This document shows, piece after piece, positions 49,922 through 61,581 of a DNA stretch of 64,000 nt. The DNA comes from Squalus acanthias (Eukaryota). The notes under the pieces are model-generated. The model made no database searches, was not told where the DNA came from, and was given only the letters and a program-made list of their open reading frames with translations. Every line of letters starts with the position of its first letter. Position 1 is the stretch's first letter. Position numbers and translations under genes: made by a program. The stretch covers positions 8,496,001 through 8,560,000 of the forward strand of contig CM059433.1 in assembly GCA_030390025.1 (NCBI GenBank), given 5' to 3'.

Positions 49922-50470
49922 CTACATATCTAAGGAAGGATATACTTGCCTTGGAGGCGGTGCAACGAAGGTTCACTAGATTGATTCCTGGGATGAGAGG
50001 GCTGTCCTTTGATGAAAGATTATGTAGAATGGGCCGATACTCTCTGGAGTTTAGAAGAATGAGAGGTAATCTCATTGAAACATACAAGATTCTGAAGGGG
50101 ATTGACAGGGTAGATGCTGAGAGGTTGTTTCCCTTGGCTGGAGTGTCTAGAACTAGGGGGCATAGTCTCAGGATAAGGGGTAGGCCATCTAAGACCGAGA
50201 TGGGGAGGAATTTCTTCACTCGGAGGGTTGTGAATCTTTGGAATTCTCTGCCCCAGAGGGCTGTGAATGCTGAGTCTTTGAGTATATTCAAGGCTGAGAT
50301 CGATAGATTTTTGGACTCTCGGGGAATCAAGGGATATGGAGATCAGGCGGAAAGTAGAGTTGAGGTCGATGATCAGCCATGATCTTACTGAATGGCGGAG
50401 CAGGCTCGAGGGCGGAGCAGGCTCGAGGGGCCGTATGGCCTCCTCCTGCTCTTATTTCTTTTGTTCTTAT
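49922..50470 (+). mobile_element. CR1 3' fragment
   Basis: YLRKDILALEAVQRRFTRL...WNSLP; 3'UTR with a short duplication. Confidence 0.92.
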
Positions 50471-50651
50471 ATATACTATGAAATAAATGTAAAAATTAGC
50501 CAGCATAGTCTCAGTCCAACAAGGACCAAGATTAAACTTGCACAAATAAGTATTAAATCGGGTGACTAGCCTTAAAGTAGTAGTAGCCTGTGCATTGCTG
50601 GAACAGAAAAAATAGCTGTGTCATGGCCTTTCCACTTGTTATTGCTCTTAC

Positions 50652-51988
50652 TGTAAGATTCTCAAAATTCACAGATCTCCCAAAACTCGAAGACAAACCC
50701 TAAGGAAAAAGATTTTGGACTCTTTTCCAACTATTACAGGGCGGTGAAGTGCATTTGGGCCTAACTGAAGGAAGTTAAGACCAAAAACCAAGTTTTGGCA
50801 TTTTAAAAACATGTCTGGGCCTGTAAAGGGACAAGAAGGTGGGATCGACCTCTGTACAAACAGTTTGGCTATTGCAGTTAATTACACTGTCTGGGGAACT
50901 GTCATGACCTCACTCAAAACCCCAGAAGATATTAACATTTTGACAATAGACCCTGGGAGAAGGCAGTCCCACCCAAAACACAGACCCCATCAAAACCTAT
51001 CACAGGACCCATCAAAAGCATGCATAATACAAATCACTCAGACCCATTCCATAGAAAACCCGGGCCCAGTCAAGAAAACCAAACACAAAAACAATCACTT
51101 GTAATCAACCGAGGAGATCGACAGGATGGAGCCATCCTGAAAACCACTTCACACATTTACAAACCAGTTACTGTTAACGAGCCCTCCAAAATCTTACAAT
51201 GACCGGGATTTGATTTGGCATGAAGCTTCAATGGGTATAATTAAAGGCCCGTTCTCAACAGTTCAAGTTCGAGTTCTCCAGTAGAGTTACACGGCAGTTC
51301 AAGGAGACAAGCAGTTCAACAGTTACACAGCAGCAAGGAATTCAGCAAGCAGTCCGGCAGAAGGCAGTTCCACAGTTCTACAAGAAGGCAGTTCCACAGC
51401 TCTGAAGAAGACAGTTTAACAAGGCGAGGGGGCAACAGAAAGAAGTTCAACAAAGAAGGCCAGCAGCTCCAGAAGCAGGCCGACACGCAAGAAGAAACCA
51501 GAGCAACAGCTCCAGTGACCATTGGACACCTCGCGGCAACAAGGGCCTTACGAAACTTTTTACTTAAAAAGACTCTAAACCCTAACTCTAACAGAGGAAA
51601 AGTGGGTACTCACCCAATAAATCCAGCGAACCCCGAAACTGCGAACCAGCTCAACTGTCAAGGATTCGTTTGGTGAGCATTATCCCTGGTTCTCCAGAGT
51701 CCAACTTAGCTAGTAAAGTGGGATTGGGAGGGGTGACGTATTCTTCTAGTGTTATTTCCCTCGCTTATACCGAAGTGTTCCCCACTTTTAGAGTGTTAGG
51801 AGTGTTTGTGTTGTGTTTTACTTTCTTGAATAAAGATCAAAGTTCTTGCAACAAAACCAGTTGCCTGCTGCACTTTTTGTCACAACCCCCAAATACTGTA
51901 AGTCCAAGGTCTAGAAGCAAGGGAGTGGGAGCGATTCGAACCGCTCAGAAGTCAGAGGTGAAGCTGACACAAACCACCACCCCCTACA
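50652..51988 (+). mobile_element. Solo LTR, about 1.34 kb
   Basis: TGTA...TACA termini; TSD TTAC at 50648-50651 and 51989-51992; TATA-like GTATAATTAAA near 51235; AATAAA near 51829. Confidence 0.8.
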
Positions 51989-52595
51989 TTACTGTTTTAT
52001 GTAAACCAATGACAGGGCTGTCAACATAGAGGAAAGGCTCGGAATGCCATCGAAAGAGTGAGACAGGTTACATCCCTATTTAAAATGAAGCTGTATTTAT
52101 TCTTTTCAGACTGACAATAGGTTACATTTTTAAACCAAAATGCCTGAGCGTCACTCCTAATGAGTAAGACTTAGCCATCTTAATCGGCTTCTCCTCTGCA
52201 TCCTCTCAGCCAAAAGAGGGCCTCTGCGGCTTTTATTCATTGTTATATTTTAAGAAAGATCATTACTCGCGCTCTCTCTTCCCTGTTTCTGCTCCAAATG
52301 TTGCTATCATAAGTAATTTATGTTCTGCTTGATCCCATAGAAACAGGCAAAACAGATGGTAGCCCAACACATTGCTTTACTTTTGAGAGTCTTTGCGGCC
52401 TATCTGCTCAGATGCTTTCTTCACAGTCCAATAGTTCAGTTCCCACTAGCAGAGGCTTCTTTGTGCCACCAGACACTTTGCGTTGAGGTTCAGCACTTCC
52501 TGGTCAAAGGGGGAGATGGGTTTTTCTACTTCAGTTTGCAGAAGAATAGAATAGATTGAACATGAAAACTACAGGGAAAGGAATGGACAACAGGC

Positions 52596-52912
52596 ATAAG
52601 AACAGAACAAATAGGAGCAGGAGTCGGCCATTTGGCCCTTCGAGGCTGCTCCGCCATTCAATAAGATCGTGGCTGATCATCTACCTCATCCCCGCTTTCC
52701 TGCACTATCCCCTTATCCCTTGATTCCCTTAATATTCAAAAATCTAAATATACTCAACGACTGAGCATCCACAGCCCTCTGGGGTAGAGAATTCCAAAGA
52801 TTCACCTCCCCATGAGTGAAGAAATTCCTCCTCATCTCAGTCCTAAATGGCCGACCCCTTATTCTGAGGCTGTGACTCCTGGTTCTGGACTCACCAGCCA
52901 GGGGAAACATCC
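52596..52912 (-). mobile_element. CR1 3' fragment
   Basis: ORF 52713-52910 and tail. Confidence 0.9.
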
Positions 52913-53119
52913 TGGCAAAAAAGAATTAAACAACAAAAAACATGTTTGCAATGATCTCAAAGGAATTGAAGAGTGTTTAGTTTGGTCAAGCTGTTATTAT
53001 GAGGAATATTTAATTTTCCCTTCTTTTTCCCCTCTTTTAGGGCCCAATGCAACATACCCCATTCCCCGTCCAAGAGGGCAGACATGGACCTTGCTCCTAG
53101 AACCCATGAACGAAAGACA

Positions 53120-54065
53120 ACATAAGAACATGAGAAATAGGAGCAGGAATAGGCCATTCGGCCCTTCGAGCCTGCTCCGCCATTCAATGAGATCATGGCT
53201 GATCTTCTGCCTCAACTCCATTCACCGGCCCTATCGCCATATCCCTTGATGCCCTTACTAGTCAGAAATCTATCGACTTCTGCTTTGAATATACCCAATG
53301 ACTGAGCCTCCACTGCCCTCTGGGGTAGAGAATTCCAAAGATTCACCACCCTCTGTGTGAAGAAATTTCTTCTCATCTCAGTCCTGAATGGCCTACCCTT
53401 TATCCTGAGGTTGTGGCCCCTGGTTCTAGACTCCCCAGCCAAGGGAAGCATTCTCCCAGCATCCATCCTATCAAGCCCTGTAATAATTTTGTATGCTTCA
53501 ATGAGATCCCCTCTCAATCTTCTGAATTCAAGAGAATACAGGCCTAGTTTACTCAATCTCTTCTCATACGACAGTCCCGCCATCCCAGGAATCAATCTCG
53601 TGAACCTTCGTTGCACTCCCTCTATGGCAAGTATATCAGTCCTTAGGTAAGGAGACCAAAATTGTACACAGTACTCCAGGTGTGATCTCACCAAGGCTCT
53701 ATATAATTGGAGTAAAACTTCTTTACTCCTGTACTCAAATCCTCTTGTAATGAAGGTCAGCATACCATTTGCCTTCCTAATGGCTTGCTGCACCTGCACA
53801 TTCACTTTCAGTGACTCGTGTACAAGGACACCCAGGTCCCTTTGAGCATCTGCATTCCCCAATCTTTCACCATTTAGGAAATACTCTGCCTTTCTGTTTT
53901 TTCTACCAAAGTGAATAACTTCACATTTATCCACATTATATTCCATCTGCCATGTTCTCGCCCACTCACTGAGCCTGTCGAGATCCCCTTGAAGCCTCTT
54001 CACATCCTCTTCTCAACTGAAACGGCCACCTAGCTTTGTATCAGCAGCAAATTTGGAAATGTTAC
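53120..54065 (-). mobile_element. CR1 3' fragment
   Basis: ORF 53212-54003 LQGDLDRLSEWARTWQMEYN...WNSLP. Confidence 0.93.
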
Positions 54066-54111
54066 ATTTTTTTTAACTCATGTTGCCTCTCGTTCTTTTG
54101 CCGATTTACCC

Positions 54112-54440
54112 GTCTTTTGGATGAGGCGTTAAACCGATGCCCTGTCTGCTCTCTCAGGTGGACGTAAAAGATCCCACGGCCACTATTTCGAAGAAGAGCA
54201 GGGGAGTTATCCCCGGTGTCCTGGGGCCAATATTTATCCCTCAACCAACATAACAAAAACAGATTATCTGCTCATTATCACATTGCTGTTTGTGGGAGCT
54301 TGCTGTGCGCAAATTGGCTACCGCGTTTCCTACATTACAACAGTGACTCCACTTCAAAAAGTACTTCATTGGCTGTAAAGCGCTTTGAGATGTCCGGTGG
54401 GCGTGAAAGGGGCTGTAGAAATGCGAGTCTTTCTTTCTTT
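54112..54440 (+). mobile_element. 5'-truncated Deu-type SINE
   Basis: Core and tail match the family. Confidence 0.85.
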
Positions 54441-54459
54441 AAATCTGTATGGATTTCCC

Positions 54460-55060
54460 TTCTGCCACTGGAAACAGTTTCTCCTTATTTTCCTGATTTT
54501 GAACATTTTGAATCTCCCCTTGACCTTCTCTGCTCTAAGGGAATGACTCCAGTTTCTCCAGCCTCTCCACGTAACTGAAGCCCCTCATCCCTGGCACCAT
54601 TCCAGTAAATCGCCGCTGCAGTCTCTCTAAGGCCTTGACATCTTTCCTAAAGTGTGCTGCCCAGAATTGGACACAATACTCCAGCTGGGGCCTAACCAGT
54701 GGTTTATAAAGGTTCAGCAGAACTTCCTTGCTTTTGCACTCTGTGCTTCTATTGATAAAGCCAAGGATCCCATATGCCTTTTTAACAGCCTTCTGTTCTT
54801 GTCCTGCCACCTTCGAAGACTTGTGTACATACATATTCAAAACAGAAGTCGATAGATTTCTGACTAGGAAGGGCATCAAGGGATATGGCGATAGGGCCGG
54901 TGAATGGAGTTGAGGCAGAAGATCAGCCATGATCTCATTGAATGGCGGAGCAGGCTCGAAGGGCCGAATGGCCTACTCCTGCTCCTATTTATTATGTTCT
55001 TATGTTCTTACACCCCCAGGTCTCTCTGTTCCTGCACCCCCTTTAAAATTGTACCATCTA
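54460..55060 (-). mobile_element. CR1 fragment (second subfamily) with a nested opposite-strand CR1 3' end (54834-55008)
   Basis: ORF 54535-54930; nested piece flanked by TACA at 54830-54833 and 55009-55012. Confidence 0.85.
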
Positions 55061-55880
55061 TACTTCTCAACTTCATTATGTCCCCCTCCATCTCGCCACT
55101 AAAACAAGTTCAGCTCCATGAGTCTCTCCTCACAACGTAAAGCCCGAAGTCTTGCCCGGTGTTGTATGAAGCCGCACAGAGCGGCAAGGTTCTAGTTTGA
55201 ATTCCTAGTCCGTGTTGGGTTAGCTGCTCTCAGCGTGGCGAATGACGGGAAGGCTACAGTTGGCGTCAGTGTCCCTGGGCAAAGAGGAAACCAGGTTTTT
55301 TGGTCCCATTTGCTATCCACTGCCCCCTGTTGGAAAATGCACATGTGTGCACATCAGATAAGAACAGGATCAGGCTCGCTGCGATGCCCTCCACAGCAGA
55401 ATATCCTATTGATACTCTGGGAATGAAGAATGTGGAGTTAGCTGAGTAACCAGAAGGCTACCGCTGCCCATGGTACCGTACACAAACAGGCATCTCCACA
55501 TTCAGCAGAGGAGAGAAAATGTGGAGGAAAATGGACCTTCTCTTTCCGATTTTAGTCTGACTTTTACAAATGTCTCCTCTTTGAGTGTCGTAATAGTTTA
55601 AAGGGGCACTGATTTCACGAAAAATTGTTTCACGAGCAGTTTGTCAATCAGGGAAGAACTAAACAATAAAAGCCGCACAGTAGTTTGTTACACGGTGATG
55701 ATACATTTTGATATGATTCACACCACAACCCTGCAAAGTTACAAAGAATCGAAAAAGTTTTGTTGAATATTTTTTCTTTGAAAACCTTTTTAACATCAAG
55801 GTAAATGAGACAGAAGTCACTTGAAGTTTTGTATTTAAATAGGAAGCAAGCTTATGTAGAACAAAGAAAGGAATTGTACA

Positions 55881-56988
55881 ATAGCAAAATACTGCAGATG
55901 CTGGAAATCTGAAATAACAACAGCAAATGCTGGGAACACTCAGCAGGTCAGACAGCATCGAGGAGAGAGAAACAGAGTTAACGTTTCGAGTCGAGGAGAG
56001 AGAAACATAGTCAACGTTTTGAGTCGAGGAGAGAGAAACAAAGTTAATGTTTCGAGTCGAGGAGAGAGAAACAGAGTTAACGTTTCGAGTCGAGGAGAGA
56101 GAAACATAGTCAACGCTTCGAGTCGAGGAGAGAGAAACATAGTCAACGCTTCGAGTCGAGGAGAGAGAAACAGAGTTAACGTTTCGAGTCGAGGAGAGAG
56201 AAACAGAGTTAACGTTTCGAGTCGGGGTCGAGGAGAGAGAAACAGAGTTAACGTTTCCAGTCGGGGACGAGGAGAGAGAAACAGAGTTAACGTTTCGAGT
56301 CGGGGTCGAGGAGAGAAACAGAGTTAATGTTTCGAGTCGAGGAGAGAGAAACAGAGTTAACGTTTCGAGTCGAGGAGAGAGAAACAGAGTTAACGTTTCG
56401 AGTCGGAGTCGAGGAGAGAGAAACAGAGTTAACGTTTCCAGTCGGGGATGAGGGGAGAGAAACAGAGTTAATGTTTCCAGTCGAGGTCGAGGAGAGAGAA
56501 ACAGAGTTAATGTTTCCAGTCGGGGACGAGGGGAGAGAAACAGAGTTAACGTTTCCAGTCGGGGACGAGGGGAGAGAAACAGAGTTAATGTTTCCAGTCG
56601 AGGTCGAGGAGAGAGAAACAGAGTTAACGTTTCCAGTCGGGGACGAGGGGAGAGAAACAGAGTTAACGTTTCGAGTCGGGGTCAAGGAGAGAGAAACAGA
56701 GTTAACGTTTCGAGTCGGGGTCAAGGAGAGAGAAACAGAGTTAACGTTTCGAGTCGGGGTCGAGGAGAGAGAAACAGAGTTAACGTTTCCAGTCGAGGAG
56801 AGAGAAACAGAGTTAACGTTTCGAGTCGGGGTCGAGGAGAGAGAAACAGAGTTAACGTTTCGAGTCGGGGTCAAGGAGAGAGAAACAGAGTTAATGTTTT
56901 GAGTCGGGGACTCGAAACGTTGACTCTGTTTCTCTCTCCTCGATGCTGCCTGACCTGCTGAGTGTTCCCAGCATTTTCTGTTGTTATT
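55881..56988. mobile_element. Fold-back Penelope-like pLTR insertion (family A) with internal minisatellite
   Basis: 13-bp TSD AAGGAATTGTACA at 55868-55880 and 56989-57001; about 56911-56988 is the inverse of about 55915-55991. Confidence 0.88.
55959..56910 (+). repeat. Minisatellite, 33/39-bp units, roughly 26 copies
   Basis: GAGGAGAGAGAAACAGAGTTAACGTTTCGAGTC with or without GGGGTC. Confidence 0.95.
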
Positions 56989-57702
56989 AAGGAATTGTAC
57001 AGCTTTGATTTTGCAAGAAAAAAAATGTTGAAAAAAAACAACCTTTGTCGGGCGCAAATACATAAATGTGCAGAAGCTTATTTTTCAGTTTTTTTTTCCT
57101 TAAGTGACTGCAGATTATTTTCTTCTCATATCTGAACAAACAGACTCCTGGCAGAATCAGCCTTTAAATTGAGGTTGTCATGGAATCTCTCACAGCCCCA
57201 ATCACTCTGGACGCTCGCATCACTGGTGAAAAATTAGTTTGGTATCAGGCTCTTCCCAGGTGGCTGCAGGGTCCGGCTGCACGAAATGTGATAGGTTTAA
57301 TCCCATTTACACTAATTGCAGCTGGGGAGAATGAGGCCCGAGTTTCATCAGAAGCTTTACAAAACATGAAATTGGGAGAATATTGCCTGGCTGCTGTCTT
57401 TGTTCAGTGACAATTACAACAGTATAATTTAACCAGGCTACCGAGCTCTGGGTCGGCAAGGTAGAAAGCAAATTACCATTTCCTGTCAGAAATCTCAAAC
57501 AAGGAATTTATGTATTTTTATGTGTGAGAAATCAAAGGAAACAGACGTTCCAGTTTTATAATATTTTGCCGCAATATTCCATGACGCAATATTGTAATAT
57601 TTGATACATTTTTGACTGAGTATATCCTCATTTTTAATCCCCGTTCACACTAGAATGCTCCTAAAGTAATGGTACACCTTAACCGATGCGGCTGGTAGTA
57701 AT

Positions 57703-59211
57703 GGCCTGATTTTAACCGAGAGGGGGGAGGGGGGTTCGGAGTGCGCAAACTCCGAAGAGGGGCAGTGAACCTGGGGTGTCCGGGTTCATGGAGAACCAGC
57801 TGGTCTCAATGACCAGGCCTCGGTAGCATATCATTCCACTGAAACCCGCCCGAAACACTAGTTGGCTGGCGGGCGTCAGCCAGAGAATTCGGGTGGCAGG
57901 AGGTCGCAGCCGGGAACCCGCAGGATCAGCCCCTCCCCCGGCAGTCTAATAACTGGTGGAGGTGGGATGGGGTTCTGACCGCGATCAAGGGTGTGGGGGG
58001 GGTGGGGAGGGGGAAGTGGGGGAGCCTGGGACAAGGGAGGCCCAAGGCTTCCCTGTGAGGCCTGGAGGAGCACTGCTGGCCCACAAGGAAACCTAAAATT
58101 AAAGGATAAAACTTACCTGCCCGAGCCTCTCCTGGCCCACGATCCACCTCCCGTCCCTGCTGTCCAGCTCAGGCCTGCGAATATTGGCCCTCAATTTCCG
58201 ATCGAAGGCTTCCTGCGGGCGGGTGCCTCCGATCAGAGAAAATTCTACGCACTTACCTGCTGGTTCCGTGGATCCCGAGGCTTCCGATCCTGGGCCTCTC
58301 CTCTCGAAATGCGCAGAGGCCCAGGTATCCCAGGGGGCGCAGGCGGTTCGCAAGCGGCCCTGGGATCACGTGGTCCGGCCCAACCAATGGAAGAAGGGAA
58401 TCCCCCTTTATACTTTTGACAGGTCCGTACGCACAGAACTGTCAAAAGTATGAATGGGGATGACTGCAAAAATGCACCAACACACGGAAATAAATAAAGA
58501 AAAACCATTACATATATAAAAGTAATTAAAATGGCATTTAATTAAATATGTTAAACAAAAATTTAATTTTTTGAATTTTTTTTTAATATGTTTTAACGGG
58601 GCTTAATACAACCTTACCTTATTGGACAGGGTTTTTAATTTATAAGTGAGTGATAAAATCTTATTTTTCTATTTTTTTTAACTCTTATGCTGGTAAAAGC
58701 GGGCCTTATGCCTGCTTTTACCAGGCGTAAGAATTCTATGGCCTTTCAGCGGGCGGAAGTTGAGCAAATAGCCCAACTTTCCACCCGCAGAGGCCCTTTT
58801 CTTGGGCATGCGGATGATCCGTCAAGAGAATTCTTGACAGATCGCAAGTTCCGGGTTTCAGCGCATGCGCTTCGCGTGCCTAAACCCGGAACTTGCGCGG
58901 CCCCTACGGACACGTGCACACCTGGTGCGCACCCGTGGGGGTCGGAAATTCAGGGCCAATATCGCAGTCAGGTCCCAATTACATCATTGGACCCAATCTA
59001 CATATTTAAGGAGGAACCCGCTTCCTTCCTACGGGTGTCCCACTCGCTTTGCTCAAAGGAGCAGTTTAAGACCCGGTCATGGCAGGAAGGCAGTGGGATA
59101 AGGGAGGGTAAGTTTCTGCCTTCATGTTAACTGCTCCCCCGCACCCCCACCAACCCCCCCCCCCCGCCCCCGCTTGGTTTCCGCCAGGTGGGTGGAGTTA
59201 AAATCGGAGCC
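57703..59211. mobile_element. Outer MITE-like element
   Basis: Ends GGCCTGATTTTAAC / GTTAAAATCGGAGCC. Confidence 0.55.
58186..58957. mobile_element. Nested MITE
   Basis: TIR GGCCCTCAATTTCCGA / TCGGAAATTCAGGGCC, AT-rich centre. Confidence 0.75.
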
Positions 59212-59259
59212 AGAGTTACTAATGATGCAATTCAACCAACTACAGGAAACTCTTTGGTA

Positions 59260-59560
59260 TCCGGCACCTACGGGACCGGGATGGTGCCGGTTGATTAAAA
59301 ATTCCGGATAACGGAGAGGTATATCTACCGAGGCTATTTTTAACAAACAAAGAGTCAGACTTCTGTTATTGAGGTGTTCGGACTGCCGACAGCGCCAAGA
59401 AGCCGAGTAGTGGCAGTTTGGAGAACTGCTCCCACTGACTAACTCGGCCACCGCCGGGAGACTCGGACTCGGACTCGGCAACATTTCCGGTGATTGAGGT
59501 GTTGTTTCCGGAGTATGAATTTTGCCGGTTAATAGAGAATTCCGAATATTTAGGTGCCGT
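59260..59560 (-). promoter_or_regulatory. Candidate CpG-rich TATA-less promoter and non-coding first exon
   Basis: CpG-dense sequence not matched to any repeat seen here; ETS-like CCGGAAA at 59483-59490 and 59505-59511 (minus); donor-like GTTAGT at 59443-59438. Confidence 0.3.
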
Positions 59561-59935
59561 TTAAACGAGAGTTTCCTGTATATATAAACAAATGAAGTAG
59601 CACATCCTCTCCCCGGCAGGTCGGCTATTTTGAGTGCAGGAGGGTGGAGCAGACTTTAGCAATCTGCCCCTCCTGTAAAGCCCCTGTTTCCCAGGTACTA
59701 TTGTAGATACAGCATCACTATCACGTCTGCCGCTCCCACTGGTCTTGAGGGAAATAGGAACAGCTCGGGTTCGGCGTCCAGCCGGACCCACCATTTAAAA
59801 AATTTTTTTTAAAAAGCTTTTAAAATAGTTCCCTCTGAAGGCTTCAGTATACATTACTCTTGTTTAAAACAACAGATGATGGCAACCCATTCATTTAATG
59901 TTAACACACTGTAGTTGCCCTAATGTAATGCTATG

Positions 59936-60151
59936 TGACATGAATCTGTCATTCATGAAAGAAATAATACTGAGTGGCCTGCGGGTGGCGCTGTCCAGGG
60001 AGAGTATAAATACTCGGGCATGGGCCCAGCTTGCGCGGGACATTCTTAACAGGAACTAGTGAAGGACACAACTAAACCTCCATGTTGTAAAACAGTTGAT
60101 TAAAGCCTTGTTTAATGCTTAGACCAAGTGCCTAGTAGTTTTCTTATGTCA
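59936..60151 (+). mobile_element. Short solo LTR, same family as 14804-15032
   Basis: TGACAT...ATGTCA; flanks CTATG/CTGTG; TATAAA near 60005; ATTAAA near 60099. Confidence 0.75.
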
Positions 60152-61153
60152 CTGTGTAATTGCTAAAGCCACTCCGATGCATATAAAAATGTAACTGCTC
60201 AATGCTGCACTTCAGGCGGGTGGGGGGAGGGAGTAATATAGCAGCCCTTGTCACTTTATATCTTCCCCCAATCAGAAACTATGAACAAAATAGTGGAGGA
60301 GATGAGCAAGTCCATTTTTATGTTGTGACCTACACATATCATTAAGGTTAAAACTTTTTTTTTCTCCACATGTAGACAACAGGCTGCTCTCAGAACGTCA
60401 TCCTGATGGACAGCTCCTGAGCCAGAGTCTGAATGGATAATACGAAGGGGGGTTTGAAATCCACAGACAGATCCACATTTACCATTTGTCAGTATCACAA
60501 TATATATTCACACCAGAAGTTGAACGTCGGTTACGAAGCAGGTTCAGCTTTGCTAAGCTTGTGGGGTATAAGTTGGGTGTGAAAGCCCAAAGTGGCTCCA
60601 AAGTGAAGTGGAGTGAAATTCCATCCTCCAGGGAGTCACGCTTCACTTTGTTCTCATGTCACGTCAAGCCCGAACTCCAGATTAAGGTTGTACTTGCAAA
60701 TAACTAATGCTACAGTGTAAATGCACCCTCGGAGAACACAGGCTGTCAAATCACTCTAAGTCCCAGAGCGTATCCTTGCCACAGTTTGATTTTGCATTCA
60801 ATCAATTGTATTTTTAAAACATTCAACCAATATCTTGAACAAAAGTGCATGGACATTCAGAGTAATGGATATCCAGGATTCATCCAAGACACCAATCCCA
60901 CCAAAGGATTCAGAAAGCATCATAAACTTCAAGCATGAGCTGACAGTACAGCCTGTGCTCTATCTGTATTAAATTGCATTGTTAATTAGAAAGCATGGAA
61001 TGACAAACGGTCATTTGGCTCATCAAGTCCACTCCTTACACAGAATGCATTCAATCTGCCATCATTGATTCTACTCCATATGTTTAATCGTCCTGGAGAA
61101 AGTTCTGCAAAACTTCTCCTTGTGCCCAAAGGCAGTCAAGCAAAACTCCACAG

Positions 61154-61515
61154 CTGTCTTTCATTCTGCCAGCGCAATTTGCACTTCATCCAGAGCCATC
61201 CTTTGTCTCTTAACCTGTCCCATTACCATCTCCTTTTGCCTTGAATATCTCTTAATGTCTCTTAACCTCTCCTGCCTTCTATCCTATCACAGACCTACTC
61301 TTTTGTTCTTTCACCCCCTCCCTCCTTTCCCAGCCCCTACACTTGCTTAAAAATCTGTTCCATTTCCTCTTTTTTCCAGTTCTGACGAAAGGTCATCGAC
61401 CTGAAACGTTAACTCTGTTTCTCTCTCTTCACAGATGCTGCCTGACTTGCTGAGTATCTCCAGCATTTTCTGTTTTTATTTCAGATTTCCAGCATCTGCA
61501 GTATTTTCTTTTTGT
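61154..61515 (+). mobile_element. Penelope-like pLTR insertion (family A)
   Basis: Matches the reverse complement of 6241-6500 and 36050-36270; probable TSD TCCACAG at 61147-61153 and 61516-61522. Confidence 0.85.
61378..61414 (+). ncRNA. Minimal hammerhead ribozyme motif, intact core
   Basis: AGTT-CTGACGA-A-AGGTC-ATC-GACCT-GAAA-CGTT-AACT; predicted cleavage after 61410. Confidence 0.85.
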
Positions 61516-61581
61516 TCCACAGTATCTATCTTCACTTGAACTTCACGGTGTTGAAAATCCACAGGGGGAGCGCATCCTGAA

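Noticed and set aside
52375..52500. Minus-strand coding exon
   Set aside because: All three frames contain stops and the donor is weak.
55940..57063. CRISPR-like periodic array or repeat-protein ORFs
   Set aside because: Units are contiguous with no unique spacers, there are no cas genes, the context is eukaryotic and the unit derives from a pLTR.
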